NCBI GenBank assembly: GCA_963817255.1
Contig: CAWFNT010000004.1
Coordinates: 168,001-232,000 of the forward strand
DNA from: an uncultured Actinomycetes bacterium
GTDB lineage: Bacteria; Actinomycetota; Coriobacteriia; Anaerosomatales; CAVRZR01
DNA: 64,000 nt
Reading direction: 5' to 3'
Positions within the stretch are counted from its first letter, which is position 1. Every line of letters begins with the position of its first letter. The notes below the pieces were generated by a model. It saw only the letters and a list, made by a program, of their open reading frames with translations, made no database searches and had not been told where the DNA came from. This document shows positions 32,234 to 41,449 of the stretch, in pieces. The translations under genes and the position numbers were made by a program.

Positions 32234-33074
32234 CGAAGAGACGTTGCAGCACATGACGGTGAGATTGGGAAACATACAAAACATGCCGTACGAGATTCGA
32301 CTCGCCGAGGGACACGGTCCGAGGGCATGCGTCGCCGAGATCAGTGGCGATGTCGACACGAGCGTCGTGCCCGAGCTACGTGTTGCGCTCGGAGAGGCCC
32401 TGGACTCCGGGTGTCGTAACGTCATCCTTGACCTGAAGCGAGTGACGTACGCCGACAGTTCGGCGCTTAGCCTTCTTGTGTGGCTGGATCAGAAGCTTCG
32501 TCCGGTAAGCGGACGCATGGTTCTGACCGGGGCCAACAGGGATGTGACGCGAATCCTCGAGCTCTCCGGCCTCGTGCAGATTGCAGCGAGCGTCATGACC
32601 AGCCCGAACGTCACAGCGGCGCTCGAGGGGCTCGACCTTCCGCCCAAGGCGGTGGATCCGCTGTGGGTCGAGGAGTTGCCGATGCCGGCGAAGGTGGAAG
32701 CGCTCGCAGCCGCGCGCGAGCAGGTGGCGGCGCTCGTCTCCCGGCTGGGCTTGGGTGATGCGGCGCTCTTCGACATCAAGGTAGCGCTGGGGGAGGCCCT
32801 CGCGAACGCGGTCAGGCACGGTTCCCCATCCGACGGGGAGGGCGAGGTCGACATACGCGTGGAAGCCTACCCGGATCGCGTCGTGCTTAGAGTGATCGAC
32901 GCCGGCTGCGGCTTCGATGGCATTCATGCGTGCAGTGGCGATGTGTATGCGTCCGGTGGGCGGGGCGTCATGTTCATGCGAGCCCTCATGGACGGTGTGG
33001 AGTTCACCCCGTCCGAGACCGGCGGCACGACGGTGACACTGGTCAAGCATCGGAGTGCTGCCGCGGCCGAGTGA
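32223..33074 (+). CDS. fused STAS (anti-sigma antagonist-like) and HATPase (RsbW/SpoIIAB-like serine kinase) protein
   Basis: The N-terminal STAS has the phosphorylatable-Ser motif YADSSALSLL. The C-terminal half is ..ALGEALANAVRHG..VIDAGCGFD..GGRGVMFMRALMD.., typical of the anti-sigma kinase HATPase_c_2. It is a single open frame. The likely start is ATG at 32253 or 32283. Confidence 0.8.
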   Translation: MQSDEETLQHMTVRLGNIQNMPYEIRLAEGHGPRACVAEISGDVDTSVVPELRVALGEALDSGCRNVILDLKRVTYADSSALSLLVWLDQKLRPVSGRMVLTGANRDVTRILELSGLVQIAASVMTSPNVTAALEGLDLPPKAVDPLWVEELPMPAKVEALAAAREQVAALVSRLGLGDAALFDIKVALGEALANAVRHGSPSDGEGEVDIRVEAYPDRVVLRVIDAGCGFDGIHACSGDVYASGGRGVMFMRALMDGVEFTPSETGGTTVTLVKHRSAAAAE

Positions 33075-33137
33075 CCGGCCCGCTTCGGGCCCTGTCGTTT
33101 GCTGCTATGCTTCTCGCGGACGGCGAGGGGAGCCCAT

Positions 33138-33704
33138 GTGGAGTTTTCGGCAGTCATTGCGGCGCGCCATTCCGTTCGCGACTTCGCGGAAACACCCGTG
33201 GATCGCGACGTACTTCGGCGCGTCCTTGACGCTGCCTCTCTCGCGCCCTCGGCACTGAACGAACAGCCCTGGAAGTTCTACGTGGCCGAGGGCGAGACAC
33301 GTGCACAGGTAGGCCACGTCATGGCCCAGTCCACCGTGTACCTCGCGGACTATCTTGAGATCCTCGGCCCGGAGCGCGTCGAAGAGGCCACCGGCTGGTA
33401 CACGGATCTGGGTGGCGCGCCTGTCGTGATCGGCATCGCGATGCCCCCGGCGGACGACACTCCGACGCTCGTGAATCGCTGCCTTTCGGTGGGTGCCGCT
33501 ACGGAGAACCTGCTTCTCGCGGTGGTGGACGAAGGCCTTGGCGCGTGCATGGTCACCTTCTCCTACTGGGTGAGAGACGAGCTCGCCGAGGCGTTCGGAC
33601 TCGAGGAGGGCCTGGTCGTCGTCGGACTCGTGGTCGTGGGTCACCCGAGCAAAGAGGCCGAAGCCCCACCTCACTCGCACGACGTCGCCGTCTTTCGAGA
33701 GTAG
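33138..33704 (+). CDS. nitroreductase-family oxidoreductase
   Basis: GTG at 33138 follows GAGGGGAG. The sequence ..AARHSVRDFAETPVDRDVLRRVLDAASLAPSALNEQPWKFYV is the typical nitroreductase N-terminus. Confidence 0.85.
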   Translation: MEFSAVIAARHSVRDFAETPVDRDVLRRVLDAASLAPSALNEQPWKFYVAEGETRAQVGHVMAQSTVYLADYLEILGPERVEEATGWYTDLGGAPVVIGIAMPPADDTPTLVNRCLSVGAATENLLLAVVDEGLGACMVTFSYWVRDELAEAFGLEEGLVVVGLVVVGHPSKEAEAPPHSHDVAVFRE

Positions 33705-33706
33705 CG

Positions 33707-34417
33707 ATGCTTCGCGCCGTCTTCTTCGACGTCGGAAACACGCTGCTGTACCCCTATCCGAGTGTCGCAGAGGTCTGCCGCCAAGTACTGGCGGAGGCCG
33801 GTCACGAGCGAGAGCTCTCCGCGATAGACGAGTTCATGCCCCTGGTCGATCAGTACTACGAAGACCGCTACCGTGAGGACGACACGTTCTGGACCGACGA
33901 GGCCGAGACGTCCGCGGTCTGGGTGGGTATGTATGGGCTACTCTGCCGCAGACTGGGGATAGACGAAGATGCCGAGTACCTCGCTCGGCGCGTGTACGAT
34001 GAGTTCGGCGATGCCCGGCGGTGGCGCGCGTACGACGATGTCGAGCGTGCGTTCTCGCGCCTGAGATCGCGAGGACTGAGACTCGGCGTGATCTCGAATT
34101 GGGACAGCCGCCTCAAGCGCGTGATGGCGGGCCTAGGACTGGACGAGTACCTCGACGTGGTCGTGTCTTCGGCTGATGTCGGTCTGCACAAGCCGGATCC
34201 CAGGATCTTCGAACTCGCGTGTGAAAGCCTGTCAGTGTCGCCGAGCGACGCGGCGCATGTGGGAGATCATGAGTATGCGGATATCCTAGGGGCGAGGACC
34301 GCAGGCATGAAGGCTGTGCTCATCGCAAGGTTCAGCGGCGAGAGGCCGCCCGCGTCTACGTTTGTCCGCACGCTCGACGATGTGGACGCTGCGCTCGGGC
34401 TCAACAAGGAGGACTAG
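33707..34417 (+). CDS. HAD-superfamily hydrolase (subfamily IA)
   Basis: Motif I is FFDVGNTLL, motif II is GVISNWD, and motif IV is VGDHEYADILGARTAGM. Confidence 0.85.
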   Translation: MLRAVFFDVGNTLLYPYPSVAEVCRQVLAEAGHERELSAIDEFMPLVDQYYEDRYREDDTFWTDEAETSAVWVGMYGLLCRRLGIDEDAEYLARRVYDEFGDARRWRAYDDVERAFSRLRSRGLRLGVISNWDSRLKRVMAGLGLDEYLDVVVSSADVGLHKPDPRIFELACESLSVSPSDAAHVGDHEYADILGARTAGMKAVLIARFSGERPPASTFVRTLDDVDAALGLNKED

Positions 34418-36166
34418 GTGCGTCCACGCGGCTGGATAGACTGGCTGGTGCTCGGCGCGGTGGTCGCCCTGTGCGTCGCGACAGCTTTCGGCGCGTACAC
34501 GCTCGCGAACTACTCGTGGAACGCGATCGTCGACTACACCTCACCCTACGTCGAACTTGGCCTGCCGAAGGCCGTGGCCGGGTCGGAGATCTCGTCGACG
34601 ACCGTGCTGGTCATCGTCGATGGCCTGAACGAGGAGACGTCGCGACAGCTCGACGGACTCAACCTTCTGCGCCAGTACGGAACGGATCTCACACTGCTCG
34701 CGCCGCAGCCGTCGCTGTCCTATCCCAACTGGACGACGCTACTGTCCGGAGATCCGCCGTACGTCAGCGGCGTCACGACGAACTGGTACGAAGGAATGGT
34801 TCCGCCGGAAACCCTCCTCGACACGGCCGTTCGTGCCAAGGCTCCGACCGTCGTGGTAGGACCCGAGGAGATGAAGGCGCTCTACGGGACGGACCGTGCC
34901 ACTGCCACATTCTTGCGTAGCTATCCGACTACGTACTATGCGTCCACCGAACTCGTCGATGAGGCCATCAAGCTGGTCAAGGAGGTGCAGCCGCGTCTGG
35001 CGCTCGTCCACCTTCCAGACGTCGACAACGCAGGCCACCGGTCCGGAAGCGGGTCGGCAGAGTATCTCGAAACGGCGCACCGAGTGGACGTCGATCTGGA
35101 GCGGCTTGTGACGGCGCTTCAAGGCGACGGGACGACGTTCGTGATCGTCGCCGACCACGGGCATATCCCCGCCGGCGGTCACGGCGGCTGGGAGGCCAGC
35201 GTCGTCGAGGTGCCGGGGATCTTCTTCGGCCACGGCGTCTTGCTTGGCGAAGGCAACGCGAACCAAGAAGACGTAGCTCCCACCGTGGCGGTTATCGCGG
35301 GAATCCCCGTGCCGAAGCACTCGAAGGGCGACGTCCTCGACGGCGTGGTGGGTGAGGCGGGCAGCGCTCGCCTGAGACCGGCGTGGAGTCAGCGCCTGTG
35401 GTTCGCCACCGAGTACATCACGTATGTCTTGGATCCGACCGGCCAGAGCACGGACATACAGTTCGCGGAATACGAACACGGTGCGAGCATCACGCGCGCC
35501 ATGGACGACGCCGACTCGGCCCGTCTTGCCTACGATCGCAGAATCAGATTGTGGCAGGGTCTGGCGGCGCTCGGTATCGCGCTCGGCGTGCTTCTCGTCG
35601 TGGGTCTCGTCTCGTGGCGTGCGCTCGTGGCGGCTCTCTCGGGGACTCTGGCCTACTACCTCGTCTACAACGGCCTGTTCTTCGTCGTGCACGGCTACCG
35701 GTGGTCGCTCTCGTCCTTCAACGAAGAGACGATGGTGCAGTCGTTCTTCAACGTGCGCATGGTCGAGGCGTTGCTCGCCGGACTCGCCGCTGCCTTGGTG
35801 GCGGGAGTCGTGTACCCGTACCTCCGCGCGAAGGCGCAGGGGCCGTGGGGGAGCTACCTGCCGCGCTGGCTCACGCTCGGTCCCACTGCAGTGCTCGTCA
35901 TCCTAGTGACGCTCGCGATACAGGTTGCGTGGTTCGCATGGGCGTGGGGAATCGCGCCCACGTGGAACCTCCCCGATCTCAAGTGGGGATTCAAGTACGA
36001 CTTGGACCTCATCCAAGCCACTGCTCTTGGCGTTGCCGCGATGCTCGCGCCGCTGGTGACATACCTTGTCGGACGCTATCATCCGAAGACGCGTCGGGTG
36101 GCGCGGGACGAGTCCGGAGTCCGCCCGCCCCAAGAACCGATTCCAATCCCGACCACCGAGGAGTAG
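34418..36166 (+). CDS. membrane-bound alkaline-phosphatase-superfamily (nucleotide pyrophosphatase/phosphodiesterase-like) protein
   Basis: N-terminal TM. AlkP-core motifs are VLVIVDGLN, SLSYPNWTTLLSG, HLPDVDNAGH and VIVADHGH. The C-terminal region has about 5 TM helices. Confidence 0.7.
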   Translation: MRPRGWIDWLVLGAVVALCVATAFGAYTLANYSWNAIVDYTSPYVELGLPKAVAGSEISSTTVLVIVDGLNEETSRQLDGLNLLRQYGTDLTLLAPQPSLSYPNWTTLLSGDPPYVSGVTTNWYEGMVPPETLLDTAVRAKAPTVVVGPEEMKALYGTDRATATFLRSYPTTYYASTELVDEAIKLVKEVQPRLALVHLPDVDNAGHRSGSGSAEYLETAHRVDVDLERLVTALQGDGTTFVIVADHGHIPAGGHGGWEASVVEVPGIFFGHGVLLGEGNANQEDVAPTVAVIAGIPVPKHSKGDVLDGVVGEAGSARLRPAWSQRLWFATEYITYVLDPTGQSTDIQFAEYEHGASITRAMDDADSARLAYDRRIRLWQGLAALGIALGVLLVVGLVSWRALVAALSGTLAYYLVYNGLFFVVHGYRWSLSSFNEETMVQSFFNVRMVEALLAGLAAALVAGVVYPYLRAKAQGPWGSYLPRWLTLGPTAVLVILVTLAIQVAWFAWAWGIAPTWNLPDLKWGFKYDLDLIQATALGVAAMLAPLVTYLVGRYHPKTRRVARDESGVRPPQEPIPIPTTEE

Positions 36167-36173
36167 CCAATAC

Positions 36174-37673
36174 ATGGCACCGATGAACGACATCCGCCAG
36201 TTCATCGCGCTGCTCGAAAGCAAGGGGCAGCTGGTGCGCATCAGCGCAGAAGTCGATCCCAAGCTCGAGATCGGTGAGATTGCCGACCGCGTGAGCAAGG
36301 AGGTCGGCCCCGCCCTGTTGTTCGAGAACCCCATCGATCGCGACACCGGGCGACGCTATGACTTCCCGGTCGTGATCAATCTCATGGGCTCCTACGACCG
36401 CATGGCGTGGGCGCTCGGCGTGGACGCTGACACGGGCACGTGGCGCGACTTGGACGCAAAATCGCGCGAGCTCATGGAACTGCTCCCGCTCGACGCGCCG
36501 GCGTCGGTGCGCGACAAGCTGGGCATCCTGATGAACCTGAAGGATCTCGCCGGCGCAGGGGCCAAGGAGGTCAAACGAGGCAAGGCGCCATGCCAGCAGA
36601 TCGTCTGGCAGGGCGATGAGGTGGACCTACGCACGTTGCCCGTGCTCACGACATGGCCAGACGACGGCGGCCCCTTCATCACGTTACCGCTCGTGGTCAC
36701 CAAAGACCCGGCAAAGGGCCGTCTCAACGTCGGAATGTATCGACTGCAAGTCTTCGACGAGCGCACGACAGGCATGCACATTCACATCCACCATGACGGC
36801 GCGAAGAACCTGCGCGCCTGGAAGGCCGCGGGGCACGACCGCATGCCGGTGTCGGTGGCGCTCGGTGCGGACCCCGTCACGATCTTCTCGGCGACTGCGC
36901 CCGTCCCGCCGATCATCGACGAGTACCTGTTCAGCGGCATCTTGCGAGGAGAGCCGGTCGAGGTTGTGAGCTCGCTGACGAACGACTTGCTCGTTCCCGC
37001 ACACGCCGAGATCGTGCTCGAAGGCTACGTGCCCACCGACGAGACGCGGTGGGAGGGGCCTTTCGGCGATCACACCGGCTACTACTCGCTCGCCGACTTC
37101 TTCCCGGTCTTCCACGTCGAGGCGATCACCATGCGGCGCAACGCCATCTATCCGACGACCATCGTCGGCCAGCCGCCGATGGAGGACTGCTACATAGGCA
37201 AGGCGACCGAGCGGCTGTTCCTGCCGGCGATCCGGGCGATCATGCCCGAGATCGTCGACTACGACCTTCCGCTCGAGGGCGTCTTCCACAACTGCGCCAT
37301 CTTCCAGCTCAAGAAGGAGTTCCCGGGTCACGCCTTCCGGGTCATGAACTTCGCGTGGTCGATGGGCCAGATGATGTTCACGAAGTTCGTCATCGTCGTC
37401 GACGAGGACGTGGACTGTCACAACTACTCCGAGGTGGCGTGGCGCTGCTTCAACAATGTCGACCCCAGCCGCGACGTGCTCATCAGCAAAGGACCGCTCG
37501 ACCGGCTCGATCATTCGAGCAACTTCGAGTCGTTCGGCTTCAAGATGGGTATCGACGCCACGCGCCCGATCCCGGGTGAGGGGCACGAGCGCGAGTGGCC
37601 CGAGTCACTTGAGATGAGCCCCGAAGTCGTCAAGCGCGTCGACGAGATGTGGGGCGAGCTCGGGCTTGGGTAG
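36174..37673 (+). CDS. UbiD-family (prenylated-FMN-dependent) decarboxylase
   Basis: ATG at 36174. Full-length UbiD pattern (..GPALLFENP.., ..GMYRLQV.., ..HHDGA.., ..FGDHTGYYS..). Confidence 0.9.
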   Translation: MAPMNDIRQFIALLESKGQLVRISAEVDPKLEIGEIADRVSKEVGPALLFENPIDRDTGRRYDFPVVINLMGSYDRMAWALGVDADTGTWRDLDAKSRELMELLPLDAPASVRDKLGILMNLKDLAGAGAKEVKRGKAPCQQIVWQGDEVDLRTLPVLTTWPDDGGPFITLPLVVTKDPAKGRLNVGMYRLQVFDERTTGMHIHIHHDGAKNLRAWKAAGHDRMPVSVALGADPVTIFSATAPVPPIIDEYLFSGILRGEPVEVVSSLTNDLLVPAHAEIVLEGYVPTDETRWEGPFGDHTGYYSLADFFPVFHVEAITMRRNAIYPTTIVGQPPMEDCYIGKATERLFLPAIRAIMPEIVDYDLPLEGVFHNCAIFQLKKEFPGHAFRVMNFAWSMGQMMFTKFVIVVDEDVDCHNYSEVAWRCFNNVDPSRDVLISKGPLDRLDHSSNFESFGFKMGIDATRPIPGEGHEREWPESLEMSPEVVKRVDEMWGELGLG

Positions 37674-38653
37674 GGCCGCCGAGAAGACCCGCACCTTCCT
37701 TGAACTCGTCAAGTTCGAGCACTCTATCTTCGCTCTTCCGTACGCATACGTGGGTGCGTTGTACGGCGCGCTCGCCGTCATGCTGCCGGTCGATGATACG
37801 CCCGCTGTCCGACGTGCTCCCGTGGATTCCCAGTGCGTCAAGTCAGGGCGCTGCTGGTCGTGGGCGTCCACCCAGTGGGTCACCGACGAGTGGCTGGCCG
37901 ACCCAGTGGAGCGCGATTCTGTGGATCACGGTGGCTATGGTCGGCGCGCGATCGTTCGCGTTCGTGGTGAACAGAGCCGTCGACGCCGAGGTCGATGCGC
38001 GCAACCCGCGCACGGCGGGACGTGCGATACCAGCCGGGCGCCTGAAGAGCTGGGAGATCTGGGCGTTTGCGGCCGTCGTGCTGGCCGCCTACCTGTTCTC
38101 GGTCTGGCAGCTTGCCCCGATCACGCACGTGCTCTGGCCGATCCCGCTGGTGGCGTTCGTCGTATACCCCTACACGAAGCGCTTCACGCCCCTGTGCCAC
38201 TACTGGCTCGGCCTCTGCCTCGGTCTGGCTCCGCTTGGCGGTTGGGCCGCTGTTGGAGCCGATCTGGGCAACCCGGCTCCCTGGGTGCTCGGCATTGCAG
38301 TCCTGCTTTGGACTGCGGGATTCGACATCATCTACGCGACCCAGGACGTCGAGTGCGACGTACGCGACGGCATCCATTCGATGCCCGCGGACCACGGGAT
38401 CGCGGCGGCGCTCACGCAGACACGAGTCATACACGCGATCACGGTGGTCTTGCTCCTCGTGGGCGGCTACCTGGCGCTGGCGGGATGGCCCTGGTACGCG
38501 GGTGTTGGCGTGGCGGCTGCTCTTCTCGCATACGAGAACGCCATCGTGCACGCCGACGACCTCTCCCGCGTGAACGCCGCGTTCTTCACGGTAAACGGCA
38601 TCATCGCTATCGTCGTGTTTGCAGGCGCGCTCGCAGATCGCATCTTCGGATAG
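37666..38653 (+). CDS. UbiA-family aromatic prenyltransferase; frameshifted in this assembly
   Basis: The N-terminus ..FLELVKFEHSIFALPYAYVGAL is in frame B (ORF 37666). The remainder, with NRAVDAEVDARNPRTAGRAIPAG and ..DIIYATQDVECD.., is in frame A (ORF 37649-38653). The simplest repair is removing a C from run 37902-37904. Confidence 0.85.
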
Positions 38654-38666
38654 CAAGGGGCGAATC

Positions 38667-39263
38667 ATGGGACTCTACACGGTGGCGATAACGGGTGCGT
38701 CGGGAAGCGCGTACGGCCTGCGCCTGATCGAACAGCTCGTGTTGGCGGGTCACGAGGTGGCGGTGACCATGACCGATTCCGGTCGTGATGTGACCGCCTA
38801 CGAACTCGGGTTCGACCTGCCGATGGACGAGCCGGCGAACGGTCTGAAGCGCTATCTGGAACTCTCGACGGACGCCCCGCTCCGGTACGCCTGCTGCAAC
38901 GACCTGTTCGACCCGCTCGCTTCCGGCTCGCATCGCGTGGACGGCATGGTCGTGGTTCCTGCGTCGATGGGATTCATCGGCGCCCTCGCCGGAGGGCTCG
39001 CGAACAACTTGCCCGAGCGTGCCGCGGACGTGATGCTCAAGGAGCGCCGGCCGCTCGTGCTCGTTCCGCGCGAGACGCCACTCTCTCTCATCCATCTGCG
39101 GAACCTCACGGCGCTCGCCGAAGCTGGTGCGACGATCGTCCCGGCCTCGCCTGCGTTCTACCAGCGGCCGGAGAGCTTGGACGACCTCGTGAACTTCCTT
39201 GTCGGCAAGCTCCTCGACGTGCTCGGCGTCGAACACCAGCTCTTCGCTCGCTGGGGCGAGTAG
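38667..39263 (+). CDS. ubiX: UbiX-family flavin prenyltransferase
   Basis: ATG at 38667. Matches include MGLYTVAITGASGSAYGLRL, VVPASMGFIGALAGG and ERRPLVLVPRETPLS. Confidence 0.9.
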   Translation: MGLYTVAITGASGSAYGLRLIEQLVLAGHEVAVTMTDSGRDVTAYELGFDLPMDEPANGLKRYLELSTDAPLRYACCNDLFDPLASGSHRVDGMVVVPASMGFIGALAGGLANNLPERAADVMLKERRPLVLVPRETPLSLIHLRNLTALAEAGATIVPASPAFYQRPESLDDLVNFLVGKLLDVLGVEHQLFARWGE

Positions 39264-39453
39264 ACTCTCGCGGCGCCCTCGGGTCGCGTGAGTCAGCGCG
39301 ATGAGGGTTCGGGACTTCGTAACGGTTTCGCCTCGGACGAATCTCGTGCGTTGATGCTCCGCACGCGTGGGTGGACGCTTGGGTGGCTGGGCCGCACTCG
39401 GAGACACTCCTCGTCGCAAACGTTGCAGCAGAGATCGCAGCATAGGAGTCGCG

Positions 39454-39609
39454 ATGACCCTTTCGCAGGCGCGAAGGCGCTTTCCGTTCATACCCGCCGA
39501 GGTCGTCGATTGGGCCGTGCAGAACATCGACAACCCTGGCGCTCTAGAACGCTGTCTCAGGCAGCTGGACCAGTCGCGCCGCTTGCGCCTGAAGTACGCG
39601 AACGAGTAG
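39454..39609 (+). CDS. small hypothetical protein (51 aa)
   Basis: ATG at 39454 follows AGGAG. The sequence is MTLSQARRRFPFIPAEVVDWAVQNIDNPGALERCLRQLDQSRRLRLKYANE. No recognisable family. Confidence 0.4.
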   Translation: MTLSQARRRFPFIPAEVVDWAVQNIDNPGALERCLRQLDQSRRLRLKYANE

Positions 39610-39730
39610 GCGGAGCTGCCCGAGGCAAACGGCCTGGAGTGCACATCAGACCGCAACGTCCCACGGCGTGCCGCTCGGTGACGCGGGAGGAGACCTGTCA
39701 CTGGACTGCGTCAGGCACGGAAGGGACGAA

Positions 39731-39756
39731 GGGCCGCTCGGATAGCCGAGCGGCCC
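39731..39756. terminator. strong GC hairpin (11-bp stem GGGCCGCTCGG/CCGAGCGGCCC) between the small ORF and the tRNA-Cys 3' end
   Basis: Perfect 11-bp inverted repeat with a 4-nt loop and no clear U-tract. It is placed to terminate the minus-strand tRNA unit and/or plus-strand transcription. Confidence 0.5.
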
Positions 39757-39766
39757 TGTCACGCTC

Positions 39767-39840
39767 TGGAGGCGACGCCCAGATTCGAACTGGGGATAAG
39801 GGCTTTGCAGGCCCCTGCCTTGCCACTTGGCCACGTCGCC
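39767..39840 (-). tRNA. tRNA-Cys (GCA)
   Basis: The reverse complement GGCGACGTGGCCAAGTGGCAAGGCAGGGGCCTGCAAAGCCCTTATCCCCAGTTCGAATCTGGGCGTCGCCTCCA folds as a cloverleaf. The anticodon loop is CTGCAAA and CCA is encoded. Confidence 0.9.
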
Positions 39841-39928
39841 GTTGTCGGGCGCCGAAGCGCCTGTCAATGAAGAAGGCCGGTCGACCGGGCTGCCGAGCGA
39901 ACCCTGTGACCAGCCTTCGGACGATTCT

Positions 39929-40004
39929 TGGAGCGGACGACCGGATTCGAACCGGCGACCCCAACCTTGGCAAGGTTGTGCTCTACCAACTGAGCCACGT
40001 CCGC
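39929..40004 (-). tRNA. tRNA-Gly (GCC)
   Basis: The reverse complement is GCGGACGTGGCTCAGTTGGTAGAGCACAACCTTGCCAAGGTTGGGGTCGCCGGTTCGAATCCGGTCGTCCGCTCCA. The anticodon loop is TTGCCAA and CCA is encoded. Confidence 0.9.
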
Positions 40005-40132
40005 GCGCGAAGGGTAGTCTAGCAGCGGGTCATGGGGTGCGCAACCCGCTCGCCACGCGCCCAAATTGGGGGTACCGCACGTCAGCAGGGCTGGTACAAT
40101 ACCCTTCGCTGCGTCCCCTATGGCAGCAGATC

Positions 40133-40207
40133 GGGCGCTTAGCTCAGGGGGAGAGCACTTCCTTGACGCGGAAGGGGTCAGAGGTTCAAATCCTCTAGCG
40201 CCCACCA
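40133..40207 (+). tRNA. tRNA-Val (GAC)
   Basis: The sequence is GGGCGCTTAGCTCAGGGGGAGAGCACTTCCTTGACGCGGAAGGGGTCAGAGGTTCAAATCCTCTAGCGCCCACCA. The anticodon loop is TTGACGC and CCA is encoded. An extended -10-like TGGTACAAT lies about 30 nt upstream. Confidence 0.9.
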
Positions 40208-40246
40208 GCAACTTCGGAGGCCTCGGCGACATCGCCGGGGCCTCTT

Positions 40247-40510
40247 GTGTACTTGAACTGCCCACGGGCATCCAGTGGCTTCTCGTTTGCGGTGCGGTCG
40301 TCGGGCCGCTCGTGCTCATCGCCCTGGTTGTGGCCGTCTTGATTCGCGTCACAGGAGCGCCCCGTCCTGTCGCGGCTCCTCCGATCCCCCCCGGCTGGCT
40401 GGTTCAGAGACCCCTGGGGTCGGCATGAACAGCGCTATTGGGATGACACGGCTTGGACGTCGAAGGTGCGAGACGGCGGCGTGGAGACAGACGACCCTCC
40501 TGTAGGCTAG
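40247..40510 (+). CDS. small membrane protein with C-terminal DUF2510-like motif; frameshifted, start uncertain
   Basis: The TM helix WLLVCGAVVGPLVLIALVVAVLI is followed, after correcting the 7-C run at 40386-40392, by PPAGWFRDPWGRHEQRYWDDTAWTSKV.. (DUF2510 signature GW..DP.G....RYWDG..WT). TAG is at 40508-40510. Confidence 0.45.
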
Positions 40511-40745
40511 TCTCCCCGACCCCTCGACGAGATGCGCTTTCCTGCCCGCTCCGGGAGTCATGCGGTTCGAAACTCATCAACTATGGCCCACCAGCTCACA
40601 GGCCCCGTCCCAATCAATCGGGGCCGGGCTTCTCCGTTCGCATGCTCTTGGTGCGCGCCTGGGTGGCGGCAGCTAAAGACGAAATGTCAGTCTGAGTTGC
40701 GCCAGTACTGGAATATGCCAAAGAGAAGCCTACGAAGGGGGTCGG

Positions 40746-41057
40746 ATGTCCGAAGGCGTAGATACGTACCTCCTATTGGTCGACCCCGACACGCTGACCG
40801 TATTGTGGGCCAACGACAAGGTGGAAGAAGCGATCGCGAGTCGGACCGGGACTTCGGCTGTCGGGCAGAGGGTCGAAGACGTTGTCTACCTCGCCGAGCA
40901 GATTGGAGTGGTCGATCTGATCAGAGATGTCGGGAACAATGGTCTCACGCGTCACATCTCTGCGGTGACGTTCAGGCGGAGCAGAACGGACGCATCCCTG
41001 TATCGACTGCCTTCAGGTGAAGTCTTGGTTGCCAGCCAATGGGTCCAGATCCCCTAG
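40746..41057 (+). CDS. small cytoplasmic protein, possibly PAS-like fold
   Basis: ATG follows AAGGGGG. 103 aa, beginning LLLVDPDTLTVLWANDKVEEAI.. No cofactor motif recognised. Confidence 0.5.
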   Translation: MSEGVDTYLLLVDPDTLTVLWANDKVEEAIASRTGTSAVGQRVEDVVYLAEQIGVVDLIRDVGNNGLTRHISAVTFRRSRTDASLYRLPSGEVLVASQWVQIP

Positions 41058-41397
41058 CTGCCCACCCGTGCCTTGCTGAGGGCCGCGGGCGGGCAATGAA
41101 CGGTTCGAGAATCATCCACTGCGGCCCCCATGAGGTTGCGAACGGCCCGGAGGAGTCTAATTCGAGGACTACATAGGGGCCTGTGTGCTGGTAGGGGCCA
41201 TGTGATCGGTCTTCCGTCGGGTCATGATGTTGCGAGGGGCGATCTAGAACGTCGGCGACTCCGTCCAACGATCGCTCTCCTGTGATGCTGAGAACTGAGA
41301 GCGCGCGTCCTTGCCGCGTGGCCGGCAATGGACGTTACGTGTTGCATTCGCGCGGGGTCCTTGCTCCACACCCGCGTCCGACTTGGCACACGGTGGA

Positions 41398-41449
41398 TAT
41401 TGAGTTTATGAATATGGGTATTGAGTTTCATGAACATGCGCTCCAATAT
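41398..41449 (+). promoter_or_regulatory. tandem 21-bp direct repeat (TATTGAGTTT-n-ATGAA) overlapping a sigma-70-like promoter upstream of the ABC exporter
   Basis: TATTGAGTTT occurs at 41398-41407 and 41419-41428, exactly 21 nt apart, each followed by (C)ATGAA. TTGAGT (41421-41426), a 17-nt spacer and CAATAT (41444-41449) resemble -35/-10 boxes. This is the locally most AT-rich part of the window. Confidence 0.5.
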
